A model generated the notes under the pieces. It did no database searches. It saw only the letters and a program-made list of their open reading frames with translations, and was not told the origin of the DNA. The position numbers and the translations under genes were made by a program. Below, in pieces: positions 14,880 through 28,080 of a stretch of DNA of 64,000 nucleotides; position 1 is the first letter of the stretch; each line of letters begins with the position of its first letter. Origin of the DNA: Dicyema japonicum (lineage: Eukaryota; Animalia; Dicyemida); the NCBI GenBank assembly GCA_011109175.1, contig RDEW01000002.1:260299-324298 (forward strand), in the 5' to 3' direction.

Positions 14880-15055
14880 TTGATTTTTTATTAGAAACCA
14901 ATTAGCCAGAAAGAAAAGGGATCAACGAGAAGGGTTATGGCTAAGACAAAAGATTGGAATAGCCATACTCCGAGGGAACTCGTTCGCAATCCACGCATCA
15001 GGCTTCCTCAACTGACATTTGTTTATTGTTAAAAAAAATTTTGTATAAAAAAAAC
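14880..15055 (+). mobile_element. 5'-truncated CRE-like copy with A-rich tail
   Basis: LWLRQKIGIAILRGNSFAI, then an A-rich tail; near-identical to 31575-31700. Confidence 0.7.
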
Positions 15056-15429
15056 ATTAGAAACCAATTAATATTGATTGAATGAGGTGACTGGTCAATT
15101 GAAGGAGACATGTAAACCAGTACGGGATTGATAACCCATGCTGGACGCAACATAATACTACTGTCCAGGTAATATTGTTTGTATTCAATTTAGATTTGCT
15201 ATGAAAATCGGAGAAAAGGATAATTTCTAATATATCGGACAAAAAAATTAAAGAATATTAACATTACATTAGAAATTATGCTAACGAATGGTAACGATTC
15301 CATGGTACCTTGCTCGTAGTCAATTGAATAACTTCCTAAGTTTACTTCAATCATTAAATATTTACAAAATAGCATTAAATATTTACATCCAACAAGAAGA
15401 AAATCATTATTCCGTAAGGACATTCGCGC

Positions 15430-15700
15430 ATGGCCCGGATGGCTCCTTGTGGTGCACGGGCTAATTGGTTGAAGTTTTCTATTTTTTTCTGTTCCTCTCT
15501 TCCCTTTTTACTAAAGTGGCAGCATGTGATCGCTCAGTCCAGGCTGGCACGATAAAGTATTATTTCCTCTCCTCCACTCTACTGGAGGGGTCTCCACAAC
15601 TGCAAACAATGGACGTCTTTTACCTTTATGCTGGTTCTGTATGGACTTGTGTGACAATCCTCCAGAATTGAGTTGACAGCATTTTAATGTTAATTTTGAC
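15430..15700 (+). repeat. Dispersed repeat family B copy
   Basis: Aligns with 2270-2510 (-), 20230-20450 (+) and partially with 54270-54400 (+) and 54590-54690 (-). Confidence 0.65.
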
Positions 15701-15789
15701 AATTACGTGCGGAATGTTCTATTCGGTGAATGTTCGGACAGCATGAACTGCCGCTTCACAACCCCCGGGTGTGCCGACCCTATTTGGGT

Positions 15790-16770
15790 TGGTTGTAGCT
15801 GTGTTATCAGGATTACACTGCATACAAGCATTGAGGGCAACTGACGAAAAACCAAGCTAACAGCAATAGGCGTACTCCCCCTCCCCTCTTGTCGAATGCG
15901 AATAACTTGCTGTGAACATTGTTTCTGGTAGTGTCCCTGATAGCATCCTGGTCATTAATTTGGACCCCAAAGTTGCCCGTGTGAGGTCTTTGAGGTGCCC
16001 CGGCGGAACCTATCTACTCCTCCACTGGTGCTTGAGACGAAAGAGAGAATCCCATCTTTTACGTCCTCTTCAGAGACAAGTAGATTGGATAATTTCCTGG
16101 GAAAAGCCGAATCCGGTAATAGTTGGGGGGGACTTGGGTGCGTCAACAGTACTGCGTAAGACTGTGCAGAGGGCTAATTTATACGGTGTTGATCTGCAAG
16201 GATCCTCACGGCAGCACGGATTCCATCTTCTGAAAGTTTTCGACGGATCTCTGAGTTTCCGAGATAGTCAGTGATAGCTTCTCATGGTTTTGGAATTAAT
16301 AGGTGAGCTTTTTGGAGTCTGCCAATAGGTTCTGAGGAAATGTGTGGACATTCTTCTTTACTAATGACGTAAGTGATTTCTCTTCTTTCCCCTCTTATGG
16401 GGTATGCATACAGTAATTGCGGCGAAGCAAAATAATCGTACCCAATCCTCAGTCGTCCGAAGAGACTGCCCTTTCAATACACTCACATAGATAGTCCGCG
16501 ACAGATATACGGGCAGCTTTGGGGATCCTAATCAGGAGTCTTTGTGTGTGTCAGGTTTGAGATCAATTCAAGTATTTCCTGATGATCCATGGGTAAATGT
16601 TCAGAAGGGCATCGTAGGTACGTCGTATTATCCAGTAGGAGACATGACTGACAGTGCCAATCGGAAATGACAGCCAGGGCTATTTTAGTTATTCCGGCAC
16701 AATACATGTGGAAGCCATTTTTTTGCAGATCTCATCTCATTTGCAGTTTGCTGCATCTTCTTTATGATTT
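15790..16770 (-). mobile_element. CRE-like retroelement 5' remnant with PHD-like finger
   Basis: H.YCAGITKIALAVISDWHCQSC (second half of a PHD), RLLIRIPKAARISVA, and ILSFVSSTSGGVDRFRRG (CRE RT domain 0); many stops. Confidence 0.6.
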
Positions 16771-17053
16771 TCCTTTTTTTCTCTCCTTTAAATTTTAAGC
16801 CATAATCAATAATAACATAAAAGTGTTTGATTCAGTCATATCAAGAAAATAAATCAATATATAATCAATCGATAATATATATCTGCAATTCAAAGACGAA
16901 TTCTAAATTTAGAATGATTCATTGTTTTGTTCTCTATGCAATATAGTCGATTTATCAAAGAATTTTAAAATTTTTCAGCAAAGAATAAATCTAGAACAGC
17001 GCTTCCCAACGGAGTCCCCAGGAATTTTTTAATTAAAAACCAACTCTCCAGAG

Positions 17054-18222
17054 TCACGGAGAAACTCTCCTTACTCGATGGTCATACAGCGTTCTTCCTT
17101 TTGAAGAATAGCATCGATTGCCCAAACTCCTATATGCTCTCCGATGTTCTCCCTGCTTCAAACATCGTGACATCCTCCTGTCACTGGATAGGACATTGAG
17201 AAAATCAGCTGAATTGCTTCTAAACATCCACTTTGATGCGCCTAGTTGGAACCAATGCAAGCTTCCTACACGCCTCGGAGGAACGGGTCTCAGGTCGGGG
17301 CTGGAGATCGCCTATCCAGCATATGTGTCATCGCTCTCAAGTGGAAGCCTTTTGGTCCAAGAAATCCTACGTATTACAACCGGGCTCTCTTGGGAAAAAG
17401 TCTCGACGAAGCTCGTTGCGAATGGTGTGAAACTGGTTTGGATATGCCGAACGATCCTTCGAGGCAACGTGACTGGGATGATATTTATTCCAAGAATATC
17501 TTCGACGTGCTAACGTCTGAGGCCAACCAGCATCGTCTTGCATGCCTCGTGTCCGCCGCCAACCATGGGAGCGGAGCGTGGCTGGATGCACTCCCGTTTC
17601 CTCCCTGGGGACCCTATTGGACGATGACTGTATTCGGATTGGAATCGCACAACGCCTGGGAGCTGATGTTTGCGTCGAACACCAATGTCGCTGTGGAGGG
17701 ATCGTCGATGCCAAAGGGCTGCACCCGCTCTCGTGCAAAAGGAGCGCGGGCAGAGCACCCCGCCATGCTGCTATGAACAACATTGTCTTGCGAGCTCTTG
17801 AAGCGGCAGGCTTCCCGGCAGTACTGGAACCTGTGGGATTGGACCGCGGAGATGGGAAAAGACCGGATGGGTTAACTATCTTTCCGTTCACTGAGGGAAA
17901 ATCGCTCGTATGGGACTGCACTGTTGTGGATTCTTTCTCGAACTCGATGATGCTCAGCTCGGCGCAGTCTGCTGGATCGGCAGCCGATCTGGCCGAGAAA
18001 ATCAAGATTAAAAAATATGGCGAAATTGGAGACCGCTACCGTTTTGTACCGGTAGCAATCGAGACGTCTGGTGCGGCTGGAAGTATTACAGCCTCTTTCC
18101 TAAAGGAAATCGGGGGAAAATTGGCCCACCGCAAGAAAGACGTGCGGGAAGCGGTCTGGCTGAGGTAAAGAATTGGTATCGCAGTTGTTCGCGGAAACGC
18201 TTACTCCGTGATGTCAGCAGCT
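17054..18222 (+). mobile_element. CRE-like non-LTR retrotransposon, 3' half (post-RT region, CCHC finger, restriction-like endonuclease), frameshifted
   Basis: PKLLYALRCSP, LPTRLGGTGLR, SGAWL, CRCG..DAKGLHPLSC, RHAAMN, KRPDG, WDCTVVD, K.KKY, FVPVAIETSG, IGIAVVRGN. GC-richer than flanks; two frameshifts and a premature stop at 18166. Confidence 0.9.
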
Positions 18223-18229
18223 GGTCAAA

Positions 18230-18860
18230 ATTTCGTCACTTCCAATGTTTTCAAAAAATAAGGCTATCAGAAACCGACTATTTCATTGAAAACAGATTTT
18301 TATTGATAGATATGCTATTAAACTGGTATGTGGACTCGATTTAAAATCTAAATTACCGGCTAGTTATGAGAGACGTGCAAGATCCATTGAAATATTATTG
18401 CACCACTTGACAAAATAATTCTTGTTTGGTGGAAGGGTTTGATAATTCGAAGAGGAGACATGGTGTCTCGTTATACCAGACCTCATCAACTAGGACAAAC
18501 TCACTGACTTCTCTTCACATGGATAACAAAAGCAACATTTAGTTCTGACAATACAAAAAAATCTGCGAAAAATGTGGCAAAAAACGATATTCAGATATTT
18601 AACCTTGGTGATTATTAAACAATAAGCAAATAATCGATCAGATTATATAATTGGAGACAATGTTGTCAGAAGAGTTCGCACTGACACTAATGTAAAAACT
18701 CGGAGAGGTGCCCTGAATAAGCATATGGACATCCATATCTATTACGTCAAAGAAATCTCTCCAACTGGGATGGTAATATTCGAATGCGATGATAGAACTG
18801 TTATTCAAGAAAAGCCTCAAGGACAATGGAAGTTTTATGAGGCCAAAAATGGTTTATAGA
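18230..18860 (+). mobile_element. Unclassified decayed transposon-like coding remnant (second copy at 12108-12260 -)
   Basis: HIYYVKEISPTGMVIFECDDRTVIQE here versus NIYYVREIFPTGMIICECEDGTIIKE at 12.1-12.3 kb; family not determined. Confidence 0.35.
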
Positions 18861-20229
18861 CGAAGAGAGAAAAAATCAAATGGAATGCCTCCTTGCAAAG
18901 TTTGTTGAATAAAATAATAAGAAAATGTAAGATGAAGGAAGAAAATAACAATCCACGGAAATGTACTTTTGTAATAAATAATAATATAATCAATCAAAAG
19001 TAAAAGACTGCAAAAATGAATAAAATACGAAATTTACTTTTACATAATTTCTTCAAAATTAAAAGTGAGACTTTTTTTGTTAATAAATTGTTATTATTAT
19101 TTGACAACATATGTTAGTTTTCGATGCGAATTAGAAACCATTTGACCGATTCAAATGCATTATTCCTTTAAGGATAATCTAAATTAGACTTGTTTATTTT
19201 CTTTTGGAAAAATCAACTAGGATAATTGGTCTTGATTATTGTAAAAAAACCAAGAAATCTTTTTATAAACACAATTTCTCATATAGAAGAAAGTCGGTCG
19301 GTCTTAATGATATCTCGATCTAGTTTTTTTTACACAAACTCGTATATATACTTTTGGGAGACCGTAGATTCATTAACGTACCATGTAAGAAAAATGCTGT
19401 CATAAAGGGGGATCATCTAATAGTTAATGTTTGAAAACTTTTTGTAGCAGTCTTAGGGTTTCTCAATATATAAAATCTAGAAACCTTTTATTTTCCTCCC
19501 CCACGTGACTGAATCATTCTTTGGATGGTTCCCACAACAGTGATTCTGTATGGATTTTCGCTTGGAAAGACATATCCTTTAAAATGCGGTTGTGTGAATT
19601 CTATATAATTTACTACTTTCGATGTATCCAAAGTATCAACCCCTTTGATTTATCTCCCACATACATTTCCCTGTATCACGAATACACATTATTAAGCCAA
19701 ATCACCGATGGTTTGATCGTAAATTGTGTATAAAAGGGACCGACATTGAATTGAACGGTCTTTTGAATTTGGACTGATACAAAGTTTAATTTTTGTGGAA
19801 ATGCATTGGTGATCGGGGGTTACTCCAAGAATTTTTACTGAGTACTCGTATTTGCAGGCCATAAATCTTAATTATTCTAAAGTCCCACTCGTTGTTTTGT
19901 TGCTTCATACAAAGCTGCACTTAAAGTAGAATCACCGCATAATGATACTAAAACCAGTGATTCACTAAATTATTTTATTTAATTACTACTTTGTAAATCA
20001 TAATCCACTACAATAAGAGTTTTCTTATTTCTTGTCGACGAGAAGACCTTTCTCTTGTCAGGGTCCACTTCCTAATTCTCCACAGAACCAAATATACCTG
20101 TAGATCTCTGGGAGCGTCCACTCTTGACTGTTACGTTTTTTAGCGACCGATTTCTTTCACTCGAAGAGAGCGGGGGTAAATAAATCAAGAGCTGTCTCAT
20201 ATAAAGTAGACTTTTAGCATAATTTGAGT

Positions 20230-20450
20230 TAATTATGTTCATCCCCTTCCCTTTTCTAATAGAGTGGAGTCATGTGATCAAGTTACAGGGTGACATGTAA
20301 AAGGATCATTTTCTCTCCCCCACTCTACTGGAGTGGTTCCAACAGCTGCACTGAATGGACATTCATGCTAGTTCTTGATGGACTTTGTGAAATTGGAAGG
20401 ACTCAGTTCCTACAACTGTGGTACTTAATTTGATGTTAACTGTTAACTTG
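20230..20450 (+). repeat. Dispersed repeat family B copy
   Basis: AGAGTGGAGTCATGTGATC...GATCATTTTCTCTCCCCCACTCTACTGGAG...CAGCTGCA..GAATGGAC is shared with the 15.5 kb and 2.3 kb copies. Confidence 0.65.
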
Positions 20451-22220
20451 CTTCTCAGTATTAGAATCGATGGTGAGTCATCCATCCTGGAAAATAAATT
20501 TTTTTATCGTGATAGAGAGATGAATAGCTAACAGATTCGATCTAAACATGCAAAATAGTAGAATTTGAAAGTTGACAGTCAGTTCTGAGACTGCACGTGA
20601 ATGATTTCTAACAACATGATTAATGGTTGTCGCCAAGCACTTCCACCATGTTGAGTGCAGTATTGAACACAAATATTATTCCAAATGATTAGTCAGATTT
20701 ATTTAAGGTAGGAAAACCCGCGGAGAGTCCCTGAACATAGTCCACAACGTCTCTCTGAATGTCCTCATAGGAAAACTCTATTTGCGTATAGTTAGATGTA
20801 ACCTACTACCTTCTTCAATCAAAAAAATCACTACCTAGGTATTCACTATATCCTGCAGATAATTTTAAGGTTCTAGAGAATCTATTGCCGAGTCTCCTTT
20901 CCGAGAATTTAACCTTCTGGATGAACCGTGGTGTGGTCAAACTGGGAACTACCTAGCTTTCAACTCATATTGGTCGGAAGAAGCACTTGTCTGCCACGAA
21001 GCGTTACAGAGGAATCAGTATTATAACTCGTAAGTATTCAAAGTAGCACTCAATTTCGAGAAATATATATTCTGGAACTCTCAGACTTTGTCAATAAACC
21101 GGAGTTAAGATGAATTGAAATGTGAGCTTCTTCCATTAAGACTGGTTGTTCGAACTCGTCTTCCACACTCTCTCGATGCAACTAAATGTATGGTTAGAGT
21201 ATTATAATCAATAGTGACAGGATATGGCATACAGTTGTTATCATGTCCTATCTGTAACAATAGTCCTCGGTTAGAATCCCCCACTGGCTCCTAGTCGAAG
21301 GTTATTTTCTTATGTTCTGTCTCTTTACTGCGTTCAATCAGTATGGTGTCGATGATCCGCCTATTTCAGGAGGCGCACAGTCCCAGGATTTGTTTTGCTT
21401 TTCCTGGTGGACACTGGATCATTTCCTGGTGGACACAACTGTGGTTATGGATAAGCTTATGGTTGTAAGGACATCAATCTCTGCGACTGAGATCATGAGA
21501 ATTGGATTGTTGTTAGTGTTAAAATATTGGTGTATCAGGGGTATGTAAAAAGACTAATTTTTTTGGAAAACCAGGAACTGGGAAATGTCAGGAAGTTGGA
21601 GATATACAGTATAGTTTCTATCCAAGTTGAAGACTCCATCGTTAATGGATGGAAGTTGAGTAACTCATTTAGATTAATGAATGACTCGTATATTAAGGTT
21701 TATTCTATTTAAAACTACTACTATTTAGGGAGAGAAAGTCAAGGTGATCACATCTCTCTTTGTAGTCTCCTCACCTCCGGTCTGTTTTCTCCCAAAATCC
21801 CAGCACTATCTGTATGTTCTCGTTGCTTGACGATGCACATAGAAAATAAATCGCGAGTCTGTTTTTCTAACGAGGATATCGAAGGAATCGGTTTGTCACA
21901 GAGCTGAAAAGCTGCTATAGGTAGTTGGTACATGTGAATCAAAGCCATTGATCTATGAGTTTAATTCGTTCCAATATTGACCCCATCTTGCCCGGTGTTT
22001 TTTCCTCGTGCCCGCGCATGCTTTTACAGTGCAACTAACTAAATGTACGGTGCCGCATTCTGGAGTCCAGTCTCATAAAGACCTCCAAAGAAAAGAGGGC
22101 TCTATTCTCATAAGGCTATAAAGCTATTTCTTGAAAGCTGTCATCACACTATCAGCAGGTCGTTTGATGGCAGCCAACTTCCTCTATGTTAGTGAGGTCG
22201 GACCAACTAACAAAATAACT

Positions 22221-22319
22221 TTTTTTTTAATTTTTTAATTTTTTTAACAATAAAATATTATTTATTAACTATGGGGGAGAGCGGCTGCTGACATCACGGA
22301 GTAAGCGTTTCCGCGAACT
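22221..22319 (-). mobile_element. Very short 5'-truncated CRE-like insertion with tail and 9-bp TSD
   Basis: Matches 18187-18221 and the 3' UTR at 48270-48310; A-rich tail; AAAATAACT at 22212-22220 and 22320-22328. Confidence 0.8.
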
Positions 22320-22455
22320 AAAATAACTAAAATAAAAAAAATAAGTTGTCATTAAACATTCAATTAATTTTAATGATTTGATATCAAAGTCATCATAACA
22401 TCCCACATGAGTATAATTTCACGAAGACCTATGCATCGATTTGATCTCTAAAATA

Positions 22456-23060
22456 CCGTATTTGCCCGTATATAAGTCGAACTTTTTAGATCAAAAAAAG
22501 ACCTAAAAAATTGACCTCGACTTAACACCGAGTCTGAAATTCAACTTCGTATCTATCGCTTCAAATGTGATGGTAATTACTACACTCTTCACAAAAAAGT
22601 TTTTAGCCAGTAAGAGCAGAATAATGTGGAGACTGAAGATAAAAAAGACCAAGAAGATCCCCTTTATGACGGCAGACTAAACGAAAATGAATGGAACGAG
22701 CTTTTCGAAAATAGTGACAATGAAGACGGATATTGCGTTCACTGCCCTTAGAAGGACATATTATGCGTTCTCGTACGTGGAAGTTGCTCAGTACTTCGTT
22801 TGGCCGCCGTTCGCATCGGTTGCGGCTCGAATTCTTCTTGAGTTTCGAAGATGTTGCGAATTGATCTGCAAAGCCGAATCAGAAATGCTGCATTTCCAAC
22901 GCTCTCGATGGGACAGAAGACGACTTTATCTTGGAAGAGGAGAAAACTGAAGATAAAGAAGACCAAGAAGATGCCCTTTATGACGGCAGACTAAACGAAA
23001 ATGAATGGAACGAGCTTGTCGGAAATAGTGACAATAAAGACAGATTTTGAATTCTATGTG
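22456..23060 (+). mobile_element. Rearranged Tc2/pogo-like DNA transposon remnant
   Basis: TA|CCGTATTTGCCCGTATATAAGTCGA terminus; KCCISNALDGTEDDF (pogo-family C-terminus) at about 22882-22930; about 100 bp duplicated at 22632 and 22946. Confidence 0.65.
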
Positions 23061-23149
23061 AGAATTTTATAATTTTAATTTATTGTTTTTTCTGTTTTTA
23101 GATCACAAAAGCGCGTTGTTATGCCTGTTGTGAGAAAAGCGCCTGAAAA

Positions 23150-24040
23150 GAATGTTCCCACTTCGAAGAAAAAAATACCAGCCAAGTCAACTGAGATGTG
23201 TTCGTCTTGTCAGAACTCGGAAGCATGGGATCTCCTGCTGTGCCTGTGGATATTTTTTCCACCTCGGGTGCATCAAGCTATCCCAAGCCGCAGCGAGCGT
23301 GTTTGGAATATGGGACTGCCTGTCATGCTTCGGCCTATGCAAGGAGGTTCCCCGTGTCAATGTTAACTTTCCCGTTAATTACCCATCAACCACGAACTCT
23401 GAAACTTTCTGTGGATGCGCTTATTCAGTTTTGCGCCTTTCGCACTGGAGCTTGATCGAGATAATCACGGAAAGAAGTCTCTCGCTACCACCATGAGGAC
23501 CAACATTCGTTTTTTTGGGAGGTATCCACATCCCCTGTTGTCCCATGGCTTCTAACCGTACTAAGGAGACACGTGGGCATAACCAGGAAGTCGAAGTGCC
23601 CCGTATCAAGAGAACAATCCGGTCGAAGTTAATCGAAGATAGCAACCGCGCAGCCATCAGGGCACTTTCCTCGAGTGGACACGAAAACCGATTCCAGACG
23701 CCTACAATATTTTATTGAACAAGCATCCAATGCCATCCAAAACCTACGCCAAGTCGCTCCCCCATCCGGAGTGAGTCCCCTGGTTGCATCAAACGATAAA
23801 GTTCTCCTTGCAAAACGGAATTTTGCCCCTAGTAGCAATGGCGGGGTCGACGGAATGAGACCTGGTTACTTGAAGGATCTAACCTCTTTGTCCGTAGGAA
23901 ACCAGGGATTTCGTCTTACGAATTCAATTACTTCACTTATGAATCAGATAATATATGAGGTCCTCCCGAAGTTATCCGCAATGTCCTGAACTCTGCCAAT
24001 TTGATAGCCTTTGATAAAAAAGGAGGAGGAGTACGACAGT
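23150..24040 (+). mobile_element. CRE-like retroelement 5' remnant with PHD finger
   Basis: CSSC...ISCCACGYFFHLGC...WDCLSC (C4HC3, one frameshift), then FAPSSNGGVDGMRPGYLKDL and LIAFDKKGGGVR (CRE RT N-terminus). Confidence 0.7.
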
Positions 24041-24554
24041 TACTCAGTGTTAAATAATATATCTGACTTGTTTTATTATACTCATATTATGCTGATCCTA
24101 AAAAAATAGTGATTGAATGAATAACTACAAAACCATACTTAGGGACAGCGGAAACATTAATGATTTGAACGTTAAAATTTTTTAAATACATTAAATTATT
24201 ATTATTTAATAAATTAATAATTAATGTTCATCAAAAAAACTTTCTGAACAAATTTCATAAAGCTTGATAAATCAACGTATACAATCTTCAAAAATTAATA
24301 AATAAATAAATAACTACGGACAGAAAAAAAAAACCTGAACCAGTGGTGCCACTAATGAAAAAGTGGTGCCACTGGTGCTACAAGACGAAGAAATATACTA
24401 CGAGTTTGAGAAACATACTTCAAGCCTAATGGAAATGTGTTGAAAGATGCCATGTTTGTTCTGATTCACATAGAAGATCGCAGTGTCCGGTTAACAACAA
24501 TAATAAGTCCTTTGAATTGTGGTTCATCCATCGACTTTGCCAATTAATAAAGAT

Positions 24555-25330
24555 CTCCCAAGGCTGTTGAACCTAACATAGCGAAAAAAAAACAAAATTG
24601 ACCAAAAAGGAAAGAATCGAATGGAAAATTATCTCTAAAACGAGAAAATGCCCATAATGGAGAAAGTGAAGTTTCCAAAATTGGAACGAATAAGAAATTA
24701 AAACTGGCTGGAATAGGACATATATAATAGAAACATTCTAAAAAAGAAACAGAGAAGCTTCAATACAGAGAAGAGAGGGCAGCCACCGAAAAAACCAGAA
24801 GTAGTCAGGATAACCCTGATTAATGCCCGTTCTCTTGGAAACGGGCCTCAGTGCTGGTTGCTCTAGCCAGCACGATCCAGATGGATGTTCTAATTATAAA
24901 CGAAACTAAATTATGGAAGATGCCCAAAGGCTGTTGAAGCTAACATTGCGAAGAAAAAAAAATTGACCAAAAAAGGAAAGAATCGAATGGAAAATTATTT
25001 CTAAAACGAGAAAATGCCCATAATGGAGAAAGTGAAGTTTCCAAAACTGGAACTAATAAGAAATTAAAGTCAGAGTTTAGAATGTATGGGCAGACTGGCT
25101 GGAATACGACATATAATAAGAAACCTTCTAAAAAAGAAACAGTAGAAGCTTCAACACAGAGAAGAGAGTGGTGCTCTTAAGAAGAGAGGGCAGCCACCGA
25201 AAAAACCAGAAGTAGTCAGGATAACCCTGATTAATGCCCGTTCTCTTCGGAAACGGGCCTCAGTGCTGGTTGCTATAGCCAGCACGATCCAGATGGAAGT
25301 TCTAATTATAAATGAAACTAAATTGAAGCA
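24555..25330 (+). repeat. Tandem duplication (about 370-420 bp, two copies) of a LINE ORF1/APE junction
   Basis: 24558-24912 closely matches 24924-25325; both encode VRITLINARSL...DVLIINETKL (APE motifs I and II). Confidence 0.8.
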
Positions 25331-25564
25331 CATGGATTGGATTTAGCATCTGAAATTGATGACGAATACGAAAGAAAAACGAGAAGAATTGGTGATTTAT
25401 TACATTGCTTGTGGAAACTCGCATTGTAATTGGGGCTTTTTACGGAGAAGAGACATACGGTGTCTCATGAGAGTGCCCCGATAGAGACGACCCCAAATCT
25501 TGGCTTTCCTCTTTAGTTAATGGCTCTTACCTTGTTTAGTTAGTTGGGGTTTTGCGAATAAATC

Positions 25565-26135
25565 ATGTTATCTGTATCTGTTAAAAAAAAAAAACATACA
25601 CTGGATTTGAACATTTATGGAGACTCCATACCACTACAGATTCGTTCAACTATCCTGGGAGTGACTTTTGACCCTTTGATGACATTTTCTCAACATGTGA
25701 AGAACGTTATGACAAAGAGTATAGGGAAAATTAATATAATCAAACCGCTTTTGAAGTCCAGGCCGTCACAGGAATGCGCCCACGTCGTGTTCACTCAACT
25801 CCTAAAACCGACGACTGAGTACGCTTGTGCCTCATGGCCCTATGGAGCTTCGATATCAAATTCACTCAAGATTAATTCCCTAATTGGCAAAACTAGCACG
25901 TCTAACGAATCTAAGGCTAAAGGCATCAGATACACGAAATTTGGGGAAAAAACCCACCCCTCTTCAAACTCTAATGAAAGATGATCGTCGTCTATTCAGG
26001 AAAGCCGTGGGTACTCTGGAGGAACACAGGAAAAATCTCTAGATCCTGTTGAGGTGTACCGCGATCACTTAATTAGTTGGTTTACTCCTTCTTTCTTGGT
26101 GTTCACTTTTCGAGGTTATTAAATAAATAAATAAA
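25565..26135 (+). mobile_element. Jockey/I-like LINE 3' remnant
   Basis: ILGVTFDPLMTFSQHV...LLKPTTEYACASW, ending in DHL and an (AAAT)n tail. Confidence 0.65.
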
Positions 26136-26989
26136 GCTTGAAAAACATTTCTGATGCTGGTCATGTATAGGGCAACTATTCATTTTATTACTTGACCACG
26201 CAGCAATCCTGAACAATGAGTCTGGTTTCATCACTCTCAGTGACTCAGACTCAGATCGCTTTTATCAATCAGCGTTTGAAGCAGCCAAAACACAACGAGC
26301 CGTGAATTTCCTATGATAGCGCCTCATATGGGGCATTAGATTTGTTGAACTAATAATCAGAAAATTGCGGCTACAGAAAAGAGGGCTTTAGAGTTACTGA
26401 GAAGTATTCTACAGACAATTAAAATATGATGCCGGTACTCTAGGAAATCTTAATCAGAAAGAATAACGGAGGAGGTCTGATCCAATGTGATCAGGTGACA
26501 ACCCAACCCCAACGAGCTTGTATAAGATAAAGAGAACGTCTAGATAAGTTGAGAAGTTTGTGCAAATTTGTGGGATCATTTAGTTTTATTCAGTTTACTC
26601 TGTTGCTAGCCAAGGTCCACAATGAGTTCAGACCGTCTCCGGATTTAAATTCTTTTATCAGTTTTCCGAATCCTTTGTAGGACGACATGCAAATTATCCT
26701 CAAGAAAACAGACCTAGTAGCTTTCCATCTCTCTGTTCGATGGGGATGCCAACTCCATCCTAAGGAAAAGTCTTCATTAATTGTTTTATCGCCTTACAAC
26801 GGAATTTCTCATAAATCGCTTTAAATGTAATTTTGGTTTGCCAGCCTGTTCCTGTTATTTTTCTTATGTGATTATTGTGGATATATTCTAGCCTCCACGA
26901 AGTGGAAACAGTCTCAAGCACAGAATATTTAACCAGCTTCCTTTGTACGTCAGTGTTAGCAGGACAGTTTGGGTTTGTAATAGAAATCA

Positions 26990-27150
26990 AATTTGTCGAA
27001 AAGAGATGTAAACTAGGGATCTATCCAAAATAAGATAGTGTCGTTTTGTAAATGGGAAAATTGTCTTCATTTCTGATTTTCTCTCAATTTCTCGATCAAG
27101 TACGACAGGTTCGATGATTGCTGGGAAACCAGAAGCTTCCAGCCTGCTTT
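26990..27150 (-). mobile_element. CRE-like endonuclease fragment
   Basis: RLEASGFPAIIEPVVLDR..TIFPF matches RALEAAGFPAVLEPVGLDR..TIFPF at 17.8 kb. Confidence 0.7.
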
Positions 27151-27599
27151 TAGTAATATCAGTTATAGTGTTGTCTGTGAAATCTTTCATGATTTTTTGG
27201 ATTTCTTTCCGAGTTGATAATTAATCCATTCATTTGAATTTACCGAGCAACGACGTCTTGTATGTTCGAGTGAATAAGTTTTGCCAGATTTATAAAATTG
27301 TAAATTAAGGTTTTGTACAATATTGAGTTTCAAACAAAAAACAATTTATTTAGCTACAAGTGATTTTAAAACCACAAAAAATAATTTTATCAAAGCAATG
27401 TTAGAAATAAAAATCAAAAAGTCGATATTTTCAAATGAACTGATGACGATATTTTTGGTATCAAATTAAAGTTCCAAAGAAGTGAAACAATTCTCCAAAG
27501 ATAGAGAAGATCAATTATTAAAAATAAATAAGGAATCAATTATGTTAAACTGAGCTGAAGGTTAAAAAATTAACCCAATAATCAAAGATCACTTAATCT

Positions 27600-28080
27600 A
27601 AAGAGCTTGAATCGGCAATTTGTTTCCTCTGAGAATAGCTATAAATACAATCTCGAAGCCATCAAGTCTCACGTGGATTCTTGTTGCCTTTTTGGATAAT
27701 CAAGCCGATATGACGAATTGTCAGCTTGTGGCCCAAGGATTCCTGAGTCTCAACGGCAAGTGAGACAAACAAGTAATCATCCGAAATGCTTCGGTACTTC
27801 TTCTCTTCTTATCATCGGTTTGCTTATAGGCATGACTTGGGTCCGAGAATGAAGCTGCCAAATGTTTCGGAGAGTATGTATCAACAAACGTAGTACAACA
27901 AACCAGGTTCCGACCATTATCAAAAGGGCATGTTATCATCTCGTCGGCTACAAAATGCAATGCTGACAGCAGAAGAAAATGCGTTTTCAATTTCACGTTG
28001 AGACGAACACGCCCTGGGAAACGGCTCGCACTCAACCGTCGATAGTAGTCATATGTATCAAACGTCCAGAACGACATTTT
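27600..28080 (-). mobile_element. CRE-like 3' remnant
   Basis: PFDNGRNLV..TTFVDTYS, LAVETQESLG and WLRDC..IAILRGN. Confidence 0.6.

Noticed and set aside
14945-15030. GC-richer repeat shared with 31580-31650, considered as an HDV-like ribozyme or ncRNA
   Set aside because: It translates as LRQKIGIAILRGNS, the CRE-like ORF end.
15425-15470. GG-CCCG...CGGG-CTAA resembling the 3' half of an HDV-like ribozyme
   Set aside because: No P1/P2/P3 or L3 partner upstream, and it is not conserved in other copies.
17367-18005. 212-aa minus-strand ORF
   Set aside because: Antisense shadow of the GC-rich CRE-like coding region.
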